Shown here piece after piece: positions 37,629 to 51,553 of a DNA stretch of 64,000 nucleotides. The stretch's first letter is position 1; each line of letters starts with the position of its first letter. Below the pieces are notes generated by a model, which worked only from the letters and a program-made list of their open reading frames with translations, had not been told where the DNA came from and did not search any database. The DNA is from Antedon mediterranea. Lineage: Eukaryota > Animalia > Echinodermata. The position numbers were made by a program, and so were the translations under genes. Where the stretch lies: assembly GCF_964355755.1 (NCBI RefSeq), contig NC_092675.1, positions 14,666,912 to 14,730,911 of the forward strand. Direction: 5' to 3'.

Positions 37629-38731
37629 AGGTAGGTAAATGTATGTCTGATCAGACCAACAACTCTATTGGCTCTATTACTGACGATTCCAACGTGTTTG
37701 CTGAACTTGCACCCGATTCTGCTACTGTCCACAGGTGCTATCTGTAAAACTATAGCAAGTTATACACGTTGCTGTCTGCTATAAATGCTGTACTTTTAAC
37801 ACACGGTACACTGTCTGTAGCACAGTGTGTGTTGACAATTTACAATGATGTACAACCATAGGCAGGTTTTCGTACTGCCATGCAAGAATGGATAGGTGTT
37901 TTCCGCCGCTTTTAGGCCTTCTAGTCAATTATTGTTATTATACGAATTACGTAATTAGTCTAGTAGCTCATCTACCTTTATAGCAGGGCAAAATGAATAT
38001 TGTAGCTAGGCTAGGCCTACGAGTCTAGCGGGAAATCAACCAATTATTTGGTTGGATACGAGTTTAGGGTAGGAAGTTAAGTACGAGTTGGCATGGGTAC
38101 GAGTCGACTAGGTGTGAATCGACCAGGGTACACCCGGCCGCCCTACTAGAGCATAGGGAAAGAATATATATCACAAGAATGAGTATTCCGCGATTTTTGC
38201 ATGAGAAATTTGTAACAGAGAGCTCCAGAGAGTGATGCCCGCCCTCATAAGGGCGGATGTATACATACTAAATAATACTTGATTTAATAGATATTATACA
38301 TGTCCCATTAAATAGAATTATGATAATATATTTTGCAATTGTAAACTATTTTATAATACATATTTATTAACAAACTAGTGTACATTCACTTTTACAGACA
38401 ATTATTTACTAACATGCTAAATTAGTTCACAAAAAAGGCCTAACACAGCAACACCAAAAATCAACGAATCGTTACTCAACACGGCCTATTCTTTACCATT
38501 GCCGGGTACTACTCTATGCCCGGTAAATTAAGTATTGTTTTTATGATATAAATTAGTATAAAATACATGTTATTAATAGGATAAAATGTTAAATTTCATT
38601 AACATTTATTTGTTTTACCAGAAACAATTTAAATATAGGAATATTAAACTATCCTTTGTGAAAACGCGTAAACACCAACACGCCCGGTCACGCTATCGTA
38701 GCGCCCGGTTGATAAAGGGAACTGTTTATAC

Positions 38732-41700
38732 GGGTGTCACGAAACCTAAGATCACGAAAGCTAAGACCCCCTAAGACCTAAGATCACGAAAGCTAAGACC
38801 CAAGACCTAAGATTACAAATTCTAAGATATACTACAGCTTAAAAACAATACTTGTTTATCCATACATAATTTTAAACACAGTAGTTTCATTTATTACCAT
38901 AAATATAATTAAATACTACCGCAAAACATAGATAAACTCACATTATTTTCGCCTGTTGAGTAAATGTATACTTTTTTCTTTACAACAAACAAGCTTGACG
39001 GGTTGTTTGTTGGTATATATTTACTCCATTGTGTTGGTTCAGAGGATGTTTTTCTTACGCACCTGCCTTTCTTGTATTTTGACTCCAAATTTGTTGACTA
39101 ACTTTATCTTTATATGAATACCACACTTTAAAATTAGGATTTATAAGTACTTTCAAACGGAGAAACACATAAAAACAAATAAATAAATCCTTTAAATTGA
39201 TGATTTTACAGACATGTTTCTTTGTATACTGTAATTCCTCGAGCTCCCTCATGCTCAATGTTTTTGTTTCTATGGAGCGCCAAAAGAGCAACAATAATAG
39301 TACAAGTATAAAAACAGAAAGAAAACGAAACAAATCATGATTTTTAAATTAAAATTTATTTGCCAGTATTTATTTCTTCGTACTTGCATGATTATACTAT
39401 TATCATTACATTTTTAATTTTACATTGTTCCATCCACACTGTAGATGGACTCCACAGAGTTTTCAGCCCTCTATATAATTTTTGCTCTTTTGACGTTCCA
39501 TATAAACAAAAACATTGAACATGGTACGCCTACTGCTAACTGTACTGTAGGCTAGTCATGCGAAATTCGCAAACAGTTTGTGTGCGAGAAAAACGTCTGT
39601 TAAATCTTCAATTTAAAAATGTATTTGTTACTTTTTATGTGATTCTTTTTCATAAAAGTGCCAATTCTAAGGTGTGGTATTCAGAATAAATGTTGGGAGT
39701 TAAAATACAAAGGCAGGTGCGAAAGATAAATATTTGTAATCTTAGGTCTTGGGTCTTAGCTTTCGTGATCTTAGGTCTTAGGGGATCTTAGCTTTCGTGG
39801 TCTTAGGTTTCGTGACACCCCTGTTTATACGGCAGTTTTTAATAAATGAATTGCATAAAACCATAGAGATATTATCACTATAATATCTCTATGATAAAAC
39901 GAACAATTAAATATCCAAATAGTATTTAACCTGATGTTTGCATGTAGTTGATAACATTTTTTATCATGAAGATACTACCGGTGGTCCAGCCTTTGATTAG
40001 TGAAACCGTCACAAAAAGTTGTATACATCCCAGATACATCCACACTTATGGCGGCGCCCTACCACAGGGTGTCACGAAACCTAAGATCATGAAAGCTAAG
40101 ACCCAAGACCTAAGATTACAAATTCTAAGATATACTACAGCTTAAAAACAATACTTGTTTATCCATACATATTTTTAAACACAGTAGGTTTCATTTATTA
40201 CCATAAATATAATTAAATACTACCGCAAAACATAGATAAACTCACATTATTTTCGCCCGTTGAGTAAATGTATATTTTTTTCTTTACAACAAACAAACTT
40301 GACGGGTTGTTTGTTGGTATATATTTACTCCATTGTGTTGGTTCAGAGGATGTTTTTCTTACGCACCTGCCTTTCTTGTATTTTGACTCCAAATTTGTTG
40401 ACTAAATTTATCTTTATATGAATACCACACTTTAAAATTAGGATTTATAAGTACTTTCAGACGGAGAAACGCATAAAAACAAATAAATAAATCCTTTAAA
40501 TTGATGATTTTACAGACATGTTTCTTTGTATACTGTAACTCCTCGAGCTCCCCCCATGCTCAATGTTTTTTTTTCTATGGAGCGCCAAAAGAGCAACAAT
40601 AATAGTACAAGTATAAAAACAGAAAGAAAACGAAACAAATCATGATTTTTAAATTAAAATTTATTTGCCAGTATTTATTTCTTCGTACTTGCATGATTAT
40701 ACTATTATCATTACATTTTTAATTTTACATTGTTCCATCCACACTGTAGATGGACTCCACAGAGTTTTCAGCCCTCTATATAATTTTTGCTCTTTTGACG
40801 TTCCATATAAACAAAAACATTGAACATGGTACGCCTACTGCTAACTGTACTGTAGGCTAGTCATGCGAAATTCGCAAACAGTTTGTGTGCGAGAAAAACG
40901 TCTGTTAAATCTTCAATTTAAAAATGTATTTGTTACTTTTTATGTGATTCTTTTTCATAAAAGTGCCAATTCTAAGGTGTGGTATTCAGAATAAATGTTG
41001 GGAGTTAAAATACAAAGGCAGGTGCGAAAGATAAATATTTGTAATCTTAGGTCTTGGGTCTTAGCTTTCGTGATCTTAGGTCTTAGGGGATCTTAGCTTT
41101 CGTGGTCTTAGGTTTCGTGACACCCCTGTTTATACGGCAGTTTTTAATAAATGAATTGCATAAAACCATAGAGATATTATCACTATAATATCTCTATGAT
41201 AAAACGAACAATTAAATATCCAAATAGTATTTAACCTGATGTTTGCATGTAGTTGATAACATTTTTTATCATGAAGATACTACCGGTGGTCCAGCCTTTG
41301 ATTAGTGAAACCGTCACAAAAAGTTGTATACATCCCAGATACATCCACACTTATGGCGGCGCCCTACCACAGGGTGTCACGAAACCTAAGATCATGAAAG
41401 CTAAGACCCAAGACCTAAGATTACAAATTCTAAGATATACTACAGCTTAAAAACAATACTTGTTTATCCATACATATTTTTAAACACAGTAGGTTTCATT
41501 TATTACCATAAATATAATTAAATACTACCGCAAAACATAGATAAACTCACATTATTTTCGCCCGTTGAGTAAATGTATATTTTTTTCTTTACAACAAACA
41601 AACTTGACGGGTTGTTTGTTGGTATATATTTACTCCATTGTGTTGGTTCAGAGGATGTTTTTCTTACGCACCTGCCTTTCTTGTATTTTGACTCCAAATT

Positions 41701-42429
41701 TGTTGACTAAATTTATCTTTATATGAATACCACACTTTAAAATTAGGATTTATAAGTACTTTCAGACGGAGAAACGCATAAAAACAAATAAATAAATCCT
41801 TTAAATTGATGATTTTACAGACATGTTTCTTTGTATACTGTAACTCCTCGAGCTCCCCCCATGCTCAATGTTTTTTTTTCTATGGAGCGCCAAAAGAGCA
41901 ACAATAATAGTACAAGTATAAAAACAGAAAGAAAACGAAACAAATCATGATTTTTAAATTAAAATGTATTTGCCAGTATTTATTTCTTCGTACTTGCAGG
42001 ATTATACTATTATCATTACAATTTTAATGTTACATTGTTCCATCCACACTGTAGATGGACTCCACGGAGTTTTCAGCCCTCTATATAATTTTTGCTCTTT
42101 TGACGTTCCATAGAAACAAAAACATTGAACATGGTAGGCCTACAACTGCTACTGTACTGTAGGCTAGTCATGCGAAATTCGCAAACAGTTTGTGTGCGAG
42201 AAAAACGTCTGTAAAATCATCAATTTAAAAATGTATTTGTTACTTTTTATGTGATTCTTTTTCATAAAAGTGCCAATTCTAAGGTGTGGTATTCAGAATA
42301 AATGTTGGGAGTTAAAATACAAGGCAGGTGCGAAAGATAAATATTGTAATCTTTGGTCTTGGGTATTAGCTTTCGTGATCTTAGGTCTTAGGGGGTCTAA
42401 GCTTTCGTGGTCTTAGGTTTCGTGACACC
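38732..42429. mobile_element. Three copies of a ~1.06-kb MULE-like MITE (38732-39820, 40067-41125, 41372-42429)
   Basis: TIR GGGTGTCACGAAACCTAAGA with CTAAGA subrepeats. 10-bp TSD CTGTTTATAC around copy 1. 1305-bp period. Confidence 0.8.
39862..39893. mobile_element. 32-bp P-type mini-element/footprint (duplicated at 41167-41198)
   Basis: CATAGAGATATTAT-CACT-ATAATATCTCTATG flanked by 7-bp ATAAAAC direct repeats. Confidence 0.7.
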
Positions 42430-43182
42430 TACCACATGGACAATATTACTGTTACAGGAAAAATCGCGGATTACTCATTCTTGTGATATATATTCTTTGA
42501 TAGGGAAAGAAGATATATATTCTTTGGCAAAGGCTACAGGCCTGCAGGAATGGGAAATCTGTCCTAGCTATAGGCATAGGCCTACATTGGGACGCCCAAA
42601 AAAGCCATCCTATGAGCATAAAAAGGCCTCGTAGAGCCAGACATGTTAACATATACTACACAGTACTAGTACGTCTACCATTTATTATAGTTCCATGGTA
42701 TTACCATAGAGATATTATAGTGCGGATCACTACTATCTAGGTCTAGTAGGCTAGGGTAGGGTTCCAGTAATTTCGGTCGCGTTTTTTCAGGAGGGCATGT
42801 GAGAGGTGAGGTAGGTTAGCCCAGCTAGGCTAAACTAACATGTAAGTAGTATTCTACCATGGGATGGGAAGAACGAGTCGGCATGAGGGTACGGGTTGAT
42901 CTTTATCCGTTTTCTAGGGTGCTGGTCAACCCGTAACGTACGCATGTCAACTCGTACCAAACTTGGCTAACTCGTACCCAAATAATTGGTCAACTCGTAC
43001 CAATAGCTTTATAGATTTATTGATAGCTGGGTTCAAATCTAGGTTGGGACGGTTTTTTCTCATTCTAAAACAGATTTCCTTATAATAATAAAATAATATC
43101 GACCTATGAATTTAACTGTAATATTGTATTGTATACATAATATTAGTAGCTATAGTAATTCCCATTGCATTTATTATTATAA

Positions 43183-44414
43183 CTAGATAGTCGTGCCCAC
43201 AGATGGTTCTCGAATACACAGTAATTTCAGCCGGGATTTCAGCGAAACAAAACTGCCGATTTCAAATGTACGTACCGCAGGACTATAATACATTGTCGTT
43301 TACAGAAACGAATAAATAGACACGATGATTTATGTAGTCAACTAAAATTATCACCCTGGGAATTACTTCCGAAAGAGAAACTTACCACAAAATGAGTCCA
43401 AATTTTTGGAATTTGTGTTTTGTATGTAATAGGGTTGAGGGATGGGAAAGCGGATAGGTACCAAGAGGAACAATTTTTAAATATATTCGTTATCAACTCA
43501 GTAACAATAATATACCTCTAAATACAGTAAAACATTTGCGATTTAATACTTTGTTAAAACTGTCACTGTCATAATCGATTGAAATATTAAAGCACATGTC
43601 ACACACCACTACGACGTTTATATTATTGGTAATTATTAATTAATACAAACGTTGAGAAGGAACTGTCAGTATAAAGTTTATTTGTATATCTAACAGTAGA
43701 GCCTATCCACAATCTCAGTAATAAAGTTTATTTGTATATATTTTTATATTACATCTAACAGTACGAACATTCACAGTAAGAAATGCTCGATTCAAATGAG
43801 GACCAAAAATAGTTAATAGATATTTACAGTATTGTCAAAAATTGCAAGTTTATTCTCAAAGGGCCCATATATTTACCTACCGTATGTGTTAAACAAAGGG
43901 CTCATAAATTTACCTACTTGTGTTAAACCAAACTCTGGCAGACTGAGAGATTGGGATGTTCCATTCATCGCAAACCAATACATTTGTATAATCGTATATT
44001 AAATCTATCAAAACAGTATTTTTTAAAGAAAATCGGCCTGTCTTCAACATTATGATGCTGTACTCTAGCTGTTCAACCGGTTTTCAGCTATTAAAAACAA
44101 TTATCATAGGAGGAGATAGGAAAATGCGAAGCCTCCTCGCATTTTTGTGGCGGGTATTTTTCAAGATGGACATCCATTAGACAGTGTATACCACGATCGG
44201 AAAACACCCCTATTTGGGGCAAATCGTTGAACCTAAATTCGTTTTAATCGTCAATAACTAATTATCTAACATAATTTAATTAGTAAACAGGGTCATATCA
44301 GGTGGTTAAAATCAGTACCGAAAGTACGAACCAACTTTATATACCATCGAGTAAACATTCTAGAAATAACGCGCGATTTACCGAATTTTGCCCTTACGTA
44401 AATTTATATATAGA
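43183..44414 (-). mobile_element. Non-autonomous Helitron (3' hairpin deleted)
   Basis: TC...CTAG termini at an A|T site. Absent from the mirrored position (~59698) in the right arm. Confidence 0.85.
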
Positions 44415-44921
44415 TATATTTTACGGTTACCCCTTAATTATACTATAGTATAACTTCCTTGTTATATTTTACAATATTTTCTTCATAATTCAACAATTTT
44501 TTTTCACAGCTAATTATCAAACTGAATCATCACACACCAAATCTCATGAAATCTCTAGTGTATTTCTCCAAGCTAATCCAGCTACATGGTATTGCCTTGA
44601 GGCTAAACTACACTGTATACTGGGCACTACCATCATTCCTGGCCCGTCAACCTGGACCACATTATGGTCCAACACAGTCGTGTACTACTGATTCCAAATA
44701 GTAAATTACATCCTGTGGTCAAGGATTTATTTGCACTTATGCTTATTTCCTCTAACATACAGAGTACGTAGGGCTTTTAATTTGCTTTTATACCTGTTCG
44801 TTTATGCCTATTGTTGCATAAAGATCAAATTTAGACTGTAAATACTGGGATGATCATTCACCCTAAATTTTCTTTTTCATTTAACAATTTTATATTTCAC
44901 AGCCAGAAAAAAGCATACAGA

Positions 44922-45014
44922 TTTTTAGTCGCGTGGAAGCGACTCTATAGTTCACTATGTCGGTCGGTTGGTCGGTCTGTCTGTCTCTCGGTCTGTCTGT
45001 CGGTCTGTCTGTCG

Positions 45015-45057
<43 letters not shown>

Positions 45058-45750
45058 GGTCCGGTATCACTATGCGTTTTATCGCTTATGACCTTATCTT
45101 GATATCAGTTTAATCTAGCTAAGTCAATTTTTCACAGAATATTCCTTATGGCCAGGAATCGATGTGGTTATGTTTTCACGGTGCGCAATAAAAAATTACG
45201 CGGTCTACGCACGATTTAACGAAATCACGTTTGTAATCATATCTTAACAACCATGAATCACAATTAAATAAAATTTGGTACTCATAAATTTCAGGGCATA
45301 AATCATCAAATGGCAATACAATTACGTGCGTAGCGCATGTAACGCATGCATACGCGCGATTAAAATTTTCAAAATTTATTTTCGATGAAATAAGAGTACG
45401 TTTCAGGCAATTTTAAGCGTTTACAAAATTGCCATGAGTGCGCAGATTTTTGCGCGCGCACTGCGCGTTAAATTTTATTGCGCTCTCTTTTTGCCCGATT
45501 TCTGTTTTCTTGAATTACTTTTCAACTCGAAATTACGTTATACGAGCACGTCAAAAGTGACAGGCTACGCACGTGTAAATTAAAAAAATATAAATGTTTT
45601 TAAACATTTCAACATTTTTAAACATGTTCAGTAATTTCGGTCAGTATAGTTCACTATGTCGGTCGGTCCGTCTGTCTGTCGGTCTGTTTGTCTGTCGGTC
45701 CGGTATCACTATGCATTGTAGCACGCGACTTAATGGCTGTTGGCCTTGTT
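44922..45750 (-). mobile_element. HINE/DINE-1-like element
   Basis: Hairpin AGTCGCG-TGGAA-GCGACT, (GTCT/GTCG)n microsatellite, subterminal CGCGACTT...CTTGTT, T-rich target. Absent from the right arm (~57245). Confidence 0.75.
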
Positions 45751-47964
45751 TTTATTCATAACTGTTGAATTGCATCCCAATACATGGTACCTATTGGTAT
45801 TATATCTATAATAATAAAGTACTCTCTTATAAATAAATGTATCTCTCCAAACTACTCCAACTACCTAATCTAATAATAGTACTATTAGCATACTACTGTA
45901 CACTTTGTAGACAAGAAATAAGTTGTATCCACCTAGAGGACTTATGTTAGTACTGTACAGTCGATCGTCCTCTCACTGGTCTGGTCAACATAATCTACAC
46001 CTAGATTATTACAGTAATTAAAGTACATTATTACAGGGATTTTTTTTTTTTCAGAAATCAAAGTTATGTGTATAGAAAGCAGTACTCGTATTAAAAACTA
46101 AGCAGGTTGTACTCTTGAACGCAAACTGGCAGGAAAATTTTGAATATTTTTTGTTGTTGAAATGATGGAATCCTAACTTCAATTTCCACGAACTGGAGAC
46201 GAAGACATATTACGACCCTTTTATTTAAATTTATTTGGATAGACCTCCATGTAAATTTATTAAAGGCTATATGATTGTTTTATATTTTAATATGTGATAG
46301 TAGAAAATCATTGTGTATAATGAGGACTATGAATCTGATATTTACTTGCATTCTCATCTTTTTTAAATTTTATTTATAATGCTGGTAATGAATTTACTAT
46401 TGAAAAAGTCATGTGTCCACTTATCTTAAATTGTGGCACACCTCTAACCTTGCTAGAACTGACTGTGTTCTATATGAGTACATTTAATTTGCCATATAGT
46501 AGTGTTTCCACCATACTTCAACCTGGTAATTGAATACATTTCATGGGGGTAAAATTATCACCTTTAACATAAAGTATCCTCCTGAAACATGTATTTGTAC
46601 TGTACTTCATCTACTATTCATTTAATTACTTAATACTAATTTGAGTGATTTATGTCTAGCTTCAGGAATGATCTGAGGCTAGAAGAACGAATTTCTGCAC
46701 ATATAATTTATATAAAAAATAAACCAATGTTTTCCTAAAAATTTAACCCCTAGGTTGATAACTAACAAAGAAATTATTGAAATTGTGTTCTCACAATATA
46801 TGTGTACTGTATCTACATATGCATACTGCAGTACTTGTTTTTAACCGCATAATGGCATTAAAAAAAAGAATGTTTTATAATTATTATGTTATTTCCAAAT
46901 ATTAAAGGTCTGAAACAGAAACTAAATGTTACCAAACTATGTTTTTGAAAATCTCTATGATATAATATAATAATATGAACATAATATTAAATTATATTGA
47001 CTATTTTTGATAATCATCATGTCCTTATAAATTCATTTATATTTCTTTTGTGTAATATAGTTCATATATTATGTATTAAATAAATTGGTAAGGCCCTATA
47101 CTGTTTATATTTAAGGAAAGTTTATATACACTATTATTTTATGCCTACCAATATTAGTATTAATTTTTTATGTAACTATTTTGTCTAATTGCATTGATTT
47201 TTGTATAGGCCAATGGCATTAATGTTTTCTCAAATCAAATTAGCCTAATAATGCCATATTTAGAAACATAATTCATTGATTTCTGATATTCTGTACTTGT
47301 GTATGCATTACTAAAATAGTAGTTATTTTATTTCATTTATAATGTATGTATAAACTTTTATTCAGTTTTTTTTAACATTTTTAAGTTTAAAAATTATTAA
47401 AATACCTATCTACCTTTCTGTTATTGTTACTATTATAATATTTTTTGAGGCAGATTGATTTCAATAAAAAAATTTTAAACAATTAATTTGACTTATACTG
47501 TACTATGTTAGTTCAGGAGATGAAGTGTGTCTTGGTAGAATCTGGTGTGTTGGAGGTTGGTGATGTGAGGTGTATTTTTGTCACTTTAAGACCTAAATTA
47601 GATGTTTTCTGAAGAAAAGAAGTAAGTGGATAGGCTTTCAAACAACTCCAAGAAGATTCACACAAAAATAATTACTTCCCAATAAAATAGTATGTAACAG
47701 TGTATATTACACTACATTGAATAAACTCGAGCGGAAAAATAACACACATAAAAAATCATTCATTTCCTTGTCGAAAAGCGCCCTCTCTAGTTTTCTATTA
47801 ATTTATTAATAATTATTATTAATTAATGAGTAATATAAACTTATTTTTAACATTTAATGCTGGAAGCTGATTCTACTCCTAACAAGGTGTCATACCTCCA
47901 AATGTTGTCAACGTATTCAAAGCACTTCAATAAATATCACATTGAACATTAAAAATTAGGGTTA

Positions 47965-49369
47965 TCTATATATAAATTTACGTAAGGGCAAAATTTCTAC
48001 TCGATGGTATATAAAGTTGGTTCATACTTTCGGTACTGATTTTAACCATCTGATGTAACCCTGTTTACTAATTAAATTGAGTTAGGTAATTAGTTATTGA
48101 CGATTAAAACGATATAAACGAATTTAGGTTCAACGATTTTCCGATCGTGGTATACACTGTCTAATGGATGTCCATCTTGAAAAATACCCGCCACAAAAAT
48201 ACGAGGAGGCTTCGCATTTTCCTATCTCCTCCTACGATAATTGTTTTTAATAGCTGAAAACTGGTTGAACAGCTAGAGTACAGCATCATAATGTTGAAGA
48301 CAGGCCGATTTTCTTTAAAAAATACTATTTTGATAGATTTAATATACGATTATACAAATGTATTGATTTGCGATGAATGGAACATTCCAATCTCTGTTTC
48401 ACAAGTGTCTATTCCCTCAGGCGTCGTAAAGGCAAGTACAGTACTGTATACTCGAAATTCGATCCATTTTTGTTTTCAATCTGTGCTGCAGAGGTTGGAT
48501 ATAATTTTTTTTTAAAGGGATAATGAGCTAGCGTTTTCACTCGCCGTATATTATGTACAAATCTTTATTATTGCAGTTAAACCACCCACATCATCACCTT
48601 TCCCTCACTGGCATGAGTAGCGTTGTAAAACCAGTAGAGAATAGGCCTACGGTACATCACATGCCCTAAACGCAGAACAACTTTGGTGGGTAGGGTAGGA
48701 ACCAACTTAAGTATGAATTGGCTCTAAGAAACAATTGAAAACCATTAGGCCTACTAATTAAGTTGAGTTAGATAATTTAATATGTATTGACGATTAAATC
48801 GAATTTATGATTTTCCCCGAATAGAGGTGGTTTTCACAAATTGTTTTACATTATATTATAAACATATACACGTCGTAGTGATGTATCGTTACATGTGCTG
48901 TACTATTTCAATCGACTAGGACGGTGATAGTTTCAACAAAGTATTACATCGCAATGTTTTACTGTGTTTAGTGGTATATTATTTGTAAAACATGAAAGCA
49001 ATTAATATTTCGTTACTAAATGGATAAAGAATATATTTTAACATTGTTCTTCTTTGCACCCATCCTCTTCCCCATCCCTCAACCCTAATGTTACATACAA
49101 AACACAAATTAAGTTTGTTTAAATTTGACTTAAACAATTGTTCTTATTTTGTGACAAGTTTCTCTTTCGGAAGTAATAGGGTGCTAATTTTAGTTGAGTA
49201 CATAAATCACAGTGTCTATTTATTCGTTCCTGTACACGACATGTATTATTGTCCTGCGGTACGTACATTTGAAATCGCCAGTTTTTTAACGCTGAAATTA
49301 TTATGTATTCGAGAATCATCTGTGGGCACGACCTAGATGGTACGCGAGCGAAGCGAGCGTACCATCTAG
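47965..49369 (+). mobile_element. Non-autonomous Helitron, first unit of a tandem dimer
   Basis: Starts A|TCTATATATAAATTTACG and ends with the hairpin and CTAG at 49366-49369. Confidence 0.88.
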
Positions 49370-50568
49370 TCTATATATAAATTTACGTAAGGGCAAAATT
49401 CGGTAAATCGCGCGTTACTTCTAGAATGTTTACTAGATGTTATATAAAGTTGGTTCGTACTTTCGGTACTGATTTTAACCACCTGATGTAACCCTGTTTA
49501 CTAATTAAATTGAGTCAGATAATTTAGTTATTGACAATTAAAACGAATTTAGGTTCAACGATTTGCCCCAAATAGGGGTGTTTACCGATCGTGGTATACA
49601 CTGTCTAATACATGTCCATCGTGAAAAATACCCGCATACAATAATACGAGGATGCTTCGCATTTTCCTATCTCCTCCTACGATAACTGTTTTTAATGGCT
49701 AAAAACCGGTTGAACAGCTCGAGTACAGCTTCATAATGTTGAAGACAGGCCGATTTTCTTTAAAAAATACTATTTTGATAGATTTAATATCCGTTTATAG
49801 AAATGTACTGATTTGCAATGAATGGAACATTCCAAATTATTGCATACCTCCATGGTTTAACACAATTAGGTAAATTTATAGACCCTTGGAGAATAAACAG
49901 AAATAGTATTGTAATACTATACAATACTGCAAATAGGTATTAACCACTTTTGATCGCCATTTGAATCAAAAGTGTGTTGGTACTGTTAGATATAATAATT
50001 ATAAACAAATATACTAATAAACGTTATCACTGTGAGTGTGGGTAGCCCCTACTTGAGATTATAAACACATAATAATATATACTTTATTACTGTCAGTTGT
50101 TTCTCAACGTTTGTATTAATTAATAATTACAAAAATATAAACGTATTAGTGGTCTTTAAATGTACTTTACTATTTCAATCGACCATGAGACAGTGACACT
50201 TTTAATAAAGTATTAAATCGGAAATGTTTTACTCTATTTAGTGGTATATTATTTATAGGCCTATATAAAAAAAATATTTCGTTGCTGATTGGATAATAAA
50301 GAAATATAAAGAATAATTTAACAAAATTGGGTTTGTTTAAATGAGTCCAATAACAAATTTCGACTCATTTTGTGACAAGTTTCTAGGTGCTAATTTTTGT
50401 TGACTACATAATCATTATGTCTATTTATTTGTTTCTGTAAACGACAATGTTTTATAGTCCTGCCGTACGTACATTTGAATTCGCCAGTTTTTTTACGCTG
50501 AAATTACTATGTATTCGAGAACCATATGTGGGCACGAACTAGATGGTACGCGAGCGAAGCGAGCATAC
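49370..50568 (+). mobile_element. Non-autonomous Helitron, second unit (3' end clipped)
   Basis: TCTATATATAAA begins directly after the CTAG of unit 1 and ends inside the hairpin (GCGAGCGAAGCGAGCATAC). Confidence 0.85.
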
Positions 50569-51553
50569 AAACATATACAAAAAACATCGATAAAAAATAC
50601 TTTTCGAATTTAAAAACATTTGAAACTTCTTTTATATGTTCAATATAGGTTGCTCTATTCACAGAAACCAAATTTCATTTATGAACGTTTTTTTTTGTTG
50701 TTTTTTTCAAAATCGTTATTAGGTTTAAAAAATGCATTGGAATTTTATGGTCTTTCATATGTGTACATTTTGTAAAAACGTAAATTTTAAAAATCAGTAA
50801 GATGGCTCCATAGTTATTTTTTTTTTTTTTTTGCAATATGGATGGAGCAGCCTATATTGAACATTTATACCAAGTATCAAATGTTTTTGAATACGAAAAA
50901 TATTTTTTATCGATGTTTTTTGTATATGTTTTAAGCAAAATTCTATCCATAACCCTAATTTTTAATGTTCAATGTGATATTTAATGAAGTGCTTTGAATA
51001 CGTTGATGAAATTTGGAGGTATGAAACTTTGTTTGGAGTAGAATCAGTTTCCAGCATGAAATGTTAAAAAATATGTTTATATTACTCATTAATTAATAAT
51101 AATTATTAATAAATTAATAGAAAACTAGAGAGGGCGCTTTTCGACAAGGAAATGAATGTTTTTTTATATGTGTTATTTTTCCGCTCGAATTCATTCAATG
51201 TACTTTAATATACACGGTTACATACTATTTTATTGGGAAGCCTATTCGCTTCTTTTCTTCATAAAACATCTAATTTAGGTCTTAAAGTCACAAAAATACA
51301 CCTCACATCACCAACCTCAAACACACCAGATTTATTTATTTATTTATTTATTTCGTTTTCTTTCAGTAGGGTAGCCCTCTCAGTAAAAATAAAACTGCTC
51401 TTCCGAGGGGCCCTACGGCACATTTAAACAAAATTTGAAAACAACTTAAACTAAACTTAAACTAAAACTTAAACTAAAACTAAACTTCAATGCATGTTCT
51501 CATTATTATTATAACTTTTATACCATATTTAAATATATTTCACTGGAACCATC

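Larger units (their letters stand above)
38158..42526. mobile_element. P-superfamily-like non-autonomous element (left arm only)
   Basis: TIR (G/C)AAAGAATATATATCACAAGAATGAGTA-TCCGCGATTTTT. 7-bp TSD GCATAGG/GCAAAGG. Empty site in the right arm at ~63590. Confidence 0.65.
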
